Shown here in pieces: positions 37,057-39,489 of a stretch of 39,489 nucleotides of DNA. Source of the stretch: Candidatus Altiarchaeales archaeon (GTDB taxonomy: Archaea > Altiarchaeota > Altiarchaeia > IMC4 > SCGC-AAA252-I15); contig WJMO01000012.1 in NCBI GenBank assembly GCA_014727915.1, positions 1 to 39,489 of the forward strand, in the 5' to 3' direction. Both the position numbers and the translations under genes were made by a program. Every line of letters begins with the position of its first letter. Position 1 is the stretch's first letter. A model generated the notes under the pieces. That model did no database searches. It had not been told where the DNA came from and saw only the letters and a program-made list of their open reading frames with translations.

Positions 37057-37929
37057 CTATGCTCTGATTTTTCCCGTGTATACCTCTTCGGCCGGGCCGA
37101 TTAGGTAGACTTCCTTGATGTCCCTGCCGTTGGTTTCCAGCTCTACTTTCACGTCTCCACCGCGGGCGTGAAAGCGTATGGGCTTGTCTGGGTCTGCCTT
37201 CTTGTTCAGCACCGCCGCGACCGCGCTGGCGCATATTCCCGTGCCGCATCCCAGGGTCTCGTCCTCGACTCCCCGTTCATAGGTCCTTATCCTGAACTCG
37301 TTTTCGCCCTGCTCTTCCACGAAGTGGACGTTCACGCCGTTAGGGAAAAGGTTTCCGTAGTGCCTTATCCTCGGTCCTATGGTCTTCAGGTCGACTTCTT
37401 CCAGGTCTCCGTAGAATATGATGGCGTGGGGGTTGCCCATCCCCACAGATGTTATGTTGTACTCGAACCCGTGTATCATGATCTTCTCGTCTATCAGGGT
37501 GCCTTTGGGGTCTCCCGCCACCTGTGCCTCGCCCCTCTTCACCTGTGGTGCGCCCATGTTTACCCTGACTTCGACCACGACGTCCTCCAGGACCTCCAGA
37601 TCCAATGTTTTAGTCCCTGCGAGTGTTTCGGCTTCTATGTGCCGTTCTCCTATGAGCTTGTGCTCGTAAACGTATTTCGCGAGGCAGCGTATCCCGTTCC
37701 CGCACATCTCCGCCCTGCTGCCGTCGGGGTTGTAGAACACGAAGTTCACGTCCGCAGTCTTTGACTTCTGCACGAATATGAGGCCGTCGGCTCCAACCCC
37801 AAAATGTCGGGCGCAGACTCGCCTCACGAAACCCTCCTTTTCACCTGTAGGGACTACTTCTCCGTTCCACTCGTCCACGACTACGAAGTCGTTTCCGGTG
37901 CCTTGCATCTTCGTGAACTTGACTTCCAT
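37057..37929 (-). CDS. dapF: Diaminopimelate epimerase
   Basis: FTKMQGTGNDF, GADG, NPDGS.AEMCGNG, MGNPH, ERG, CGTG. Confidence 0.96.
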   Translation of the reverse strand: MEVKFTKMQGTGNDFVVVDEWNGEVVPTGEKEGFVRRVCARHFGVGADGLIFVQKSKTADVNFVFYNPDGSRAEMCGNGIRCLAKYVYEHKLIGERHIEAETLAGTKTLDLEVLEDVVVEVRVNMGAPQVKRGEAQVAGDPKGTLIDEKIMIHGFEYNITSVGMGNPHAIIFYGDLEEVDLKTIGPRIRHYGNLFPNGVNVHFVEEQGENEFRIRTYERGVEDETLGCGTGICASAVAAVLNKKADPDKPIRFHARGGDVKVELETNGRDIKEVYLIGPAEEVYTGKIRA

Positions 37930-38045
37930 AACCCTCTCTTATTAACTTATACGCCTATTTAAACGTTTTTTGGCGTGTCTTGTACTTCTTGGGGCTTTAT
38001 GGCCCGCGCTTCCTGGCTTATGGGCGGGGCTTAATACCCTTCTCT

Positions 38046-38615
38046 TCAATTCCTGTCCCTCAATTTCTTAGCAGGGTTTCCCGCAAATACGGTGTATGGT
38101 GGGACGTCCTTCGTGACTACGGATCCTGCGCCCACTATCGACCCTTCACCTACTGTCACTCCAGGCAATATGATGGCTCCGATGCCTATGTCGCACCCAC
38201 GCTCTATCTTAACTGGTTCGTATTCCAGATCGCAGAATCTGATCGGCGCTGACCTTTCGCCTTCGCGGTGTTGGGCTGTGAGGATGTTCACTCTGGGCGC
38301 AATCCCGACCTCTTCCCCGATGGTCAATCCGCCTCCGCTATGCAGGAAACAACATTGTCCGATCCATGTGCTGTCCCCTATTATCATCCGGTTATTGTGG
38401 TATCCCTTGAGGATCGTATTGTGGCCTATGTAGACGTTTTCCCCCAGGTCTATGTTCTCGGGGTGGAAAGCCAAGACTCCGCATTCGATGACAACGTTCT
38501 TGCCAATACTGCTAAAATCCTCCAAGCTAAAACTCCCGTCTCCATGTGACCTGCTTTCTTTTCGTTTTACTGTTTCTGCCTGTTCCATATTGTCCTGCCT
38601 TGCATGTCTGCGCAT
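38046..38615 (-). CDS. Hexapeptide-repeat (left-handed beta-helix) acyltransferase
   Basis: IG hexapeptide repeats, ILPGVTVGEGSIVGAGSVVTKDVP...AGNPAK. Start 38615 or 38588. Confidence 0.9.
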   Translation of the reverse strand: MRRHARQDNMEQAETVKRKESRSHGDGSFSLEDFSSIGKNVVIECGVLAFHPENIDLGENVYIGHNTILKGYHNNRMIIGDSTWIGQCCFLHSGGGLTIGEEVGIAPRVNILTAQHREGERSAPIRFCDLEYEPVKIERGCDIGIGAIILPGVTVGEGSIVGAGSVVTKDVPPYTVFAGNPAKKLRDRN

Positions 38616-38660
38616 CTCTGATTATATTACTCCCTACTCGAATAATAAATTGTCTAATTC

Positions 38661-38668
38661 GGAGGTGA
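38661..38668 (+). promoter_or_regulatory. Shine-Dalgarno GGAGGTGA
   Basis: Perfect archaeal SD 5 nt before an in-frame ATT, the same spacing as at gap and lemA. Confidence 0.6.
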
Positions 38669-38673
38669 GTGCC

Positions 38674-39489
38674 ATTAGGGTTTTGGAGGTCACGACGTCA
38701 TATCCACGTTTCAAGGGTGACTGGCCTGGAGTTTTCATATTCAGGTTGGACAGGGAGCTAGTGAGGCGTGGGAATGAAGTTCTTGTTCTGGCTCCGGGCA
38801 CTATGGGCAGCCCCGAGCATGAGGTGCTCGATGGTGTTGAAATAAGGCGATTCCCGTATTTCTTCCCTAAAAGGCTGCAGCAGCTGGCTTACGGCGGAGG
38901 CATCCCGAACAACCTGGGGAAAAAACCCTGGACTTTCCTCCAGATACCCCTGCTTCTCATGTCCTTTGCGTTTAACATGGTCCGTTACGGCAGAAAGGCG
39001 GACATAATACACTGCCACTGGATACCTCTGGGGTTCATTGGCGTAGTCACAAGGCCTTTGCATGGTAGGCATGTAGTTCTCACGCCATGGGGTTCGGATT
39101 ACCGTGACCTCCCCGCTTTCTTCTGCAAGTTCGTGCTTGAAAACTCTGACATGGTGATCAGCACCGCCACTGAGACTGAAAAGTATCTGGGCAAGCTGGG
39201 CTTTCAAGACTATGAGACTGTTCGCACTCCCGTTGACGAGGACGAGTTCAATCCTGATGTCGATAGTCGGGGCATAGCGGAGGAGTTCGGCCTCGGCGAT
39301 GAGAAGGTTGTGGTCTTTGTGGGAAGGCTGAATGAGTTCAAGGACCCGATGACGTTTGTCGAAGCGGCAGCACTGGTTCTTGGCAGGAGGAATGATGTCC
39401 GGTTCATAGTTGTTGGCGATGGTGAGATGAAGCAGGATTTGTTGTCATATGCCGACGGCTGTGGGCTTGGGGATGGCATAATATTCACC
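38674..39489 (+). CDS. Glycosyltransferase family 4 (runs off the window end; not in the ORF track)
   Basis: Hand translation: (I)RVLEVTTSYPRFKGDWPGVFIFRL...PYFFPKRLQQLAYGGGIP...IHCHW...FVGRLNEFKDP. Same subfamily as 11217-12389. In-frame TTG 38650 and GTG 38665 are alternative starts. Confidence 0.88.
   Translation, partial: MRVLEVTTSYPRFKGDWPGVFIFRLDRELVRRGNEVLVLAPGTMGSPEHEVLDGVEIRRFPYFFPKRLQQLAYGGGIPNNLGKKPWTFLQIPLLLMSFAFNMVRYGRKADIIHCHWIPLGFIGVVTRPLHGRHVVLTPWGSDYRDLPAFFCKFVLENSDMVISTATETEKYLGKLGFQDYETVRTPVDEDEFNPDVDSRGIAEEFGLGDEKVVVFVGRLNEFKDPMTFVEAAALVLGRRNDVRFIVVGDGEMKQDLLSYADGCGLGDGIIFT

Noticed and set aside
37980-38045. GC-rich patch between dapF and the acyltransferase as a structured RNA
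   Set aside because: Only short 4-bp pairings are visible, with no nested structure.
38758-39488. Minus-strand ORFs of 149 and 92 aa
   Set aside because: Antisense shadows of the + strand GT4 gene.

Overview
Gene-dense archaeal chromosomal segment. Evidence: TATA-like boxes ~25 nt before several starts, GGTGA-type Shine-Dalgarno sites, and archaeal ScpA/ScpB, HemK2, XPD and Lhr. The gene mix is compatible with an anaerobic DPANN/Altiarchaeota-like lineage; this is inference, not established. 1-13.3 kb: a Cys-rich repeat protein (5' end outside the window), then a surface-glycan biosynthesis/tailoring cluster (GT-C membrane transferase, AsnB-type amidotransferase, two sulfatase-fold proteins with Thr at the nucleophile position, three GT4, one GT2, a methyltransferase). 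13.3-23.6 kb: Nudix, HDAC, bacterial-type GAPDH, ScpA, a probable Re-citrate synthase, and an Lhr helicase + metallophosphoesterase pair. At 23.77-23.89 kb there is an unannotated ~120-nt strongly base-paired element behind its own TATA box, a candidate novel ncRNA. 24-30.4 kb: a tightly coupled minus-strand run, scpB - DUF2207 - twin-Arg protein - lemA - htpX - catalytically degenerate trypsin-like protein - TIM barrel. 30.4-39.5 kb: pseudo-receiver protein, FG-GAP surface protein with a GICC sorting-like tail, HemK2, XPD, NDP-sugar epimerase, DapF, hexapeptide acyltransferase and a GT4 that runs off the window end. I saw no rRNA, tRNA, CRISPR array or transposase. All family calls come from motif recognition by eye, not from database searches.
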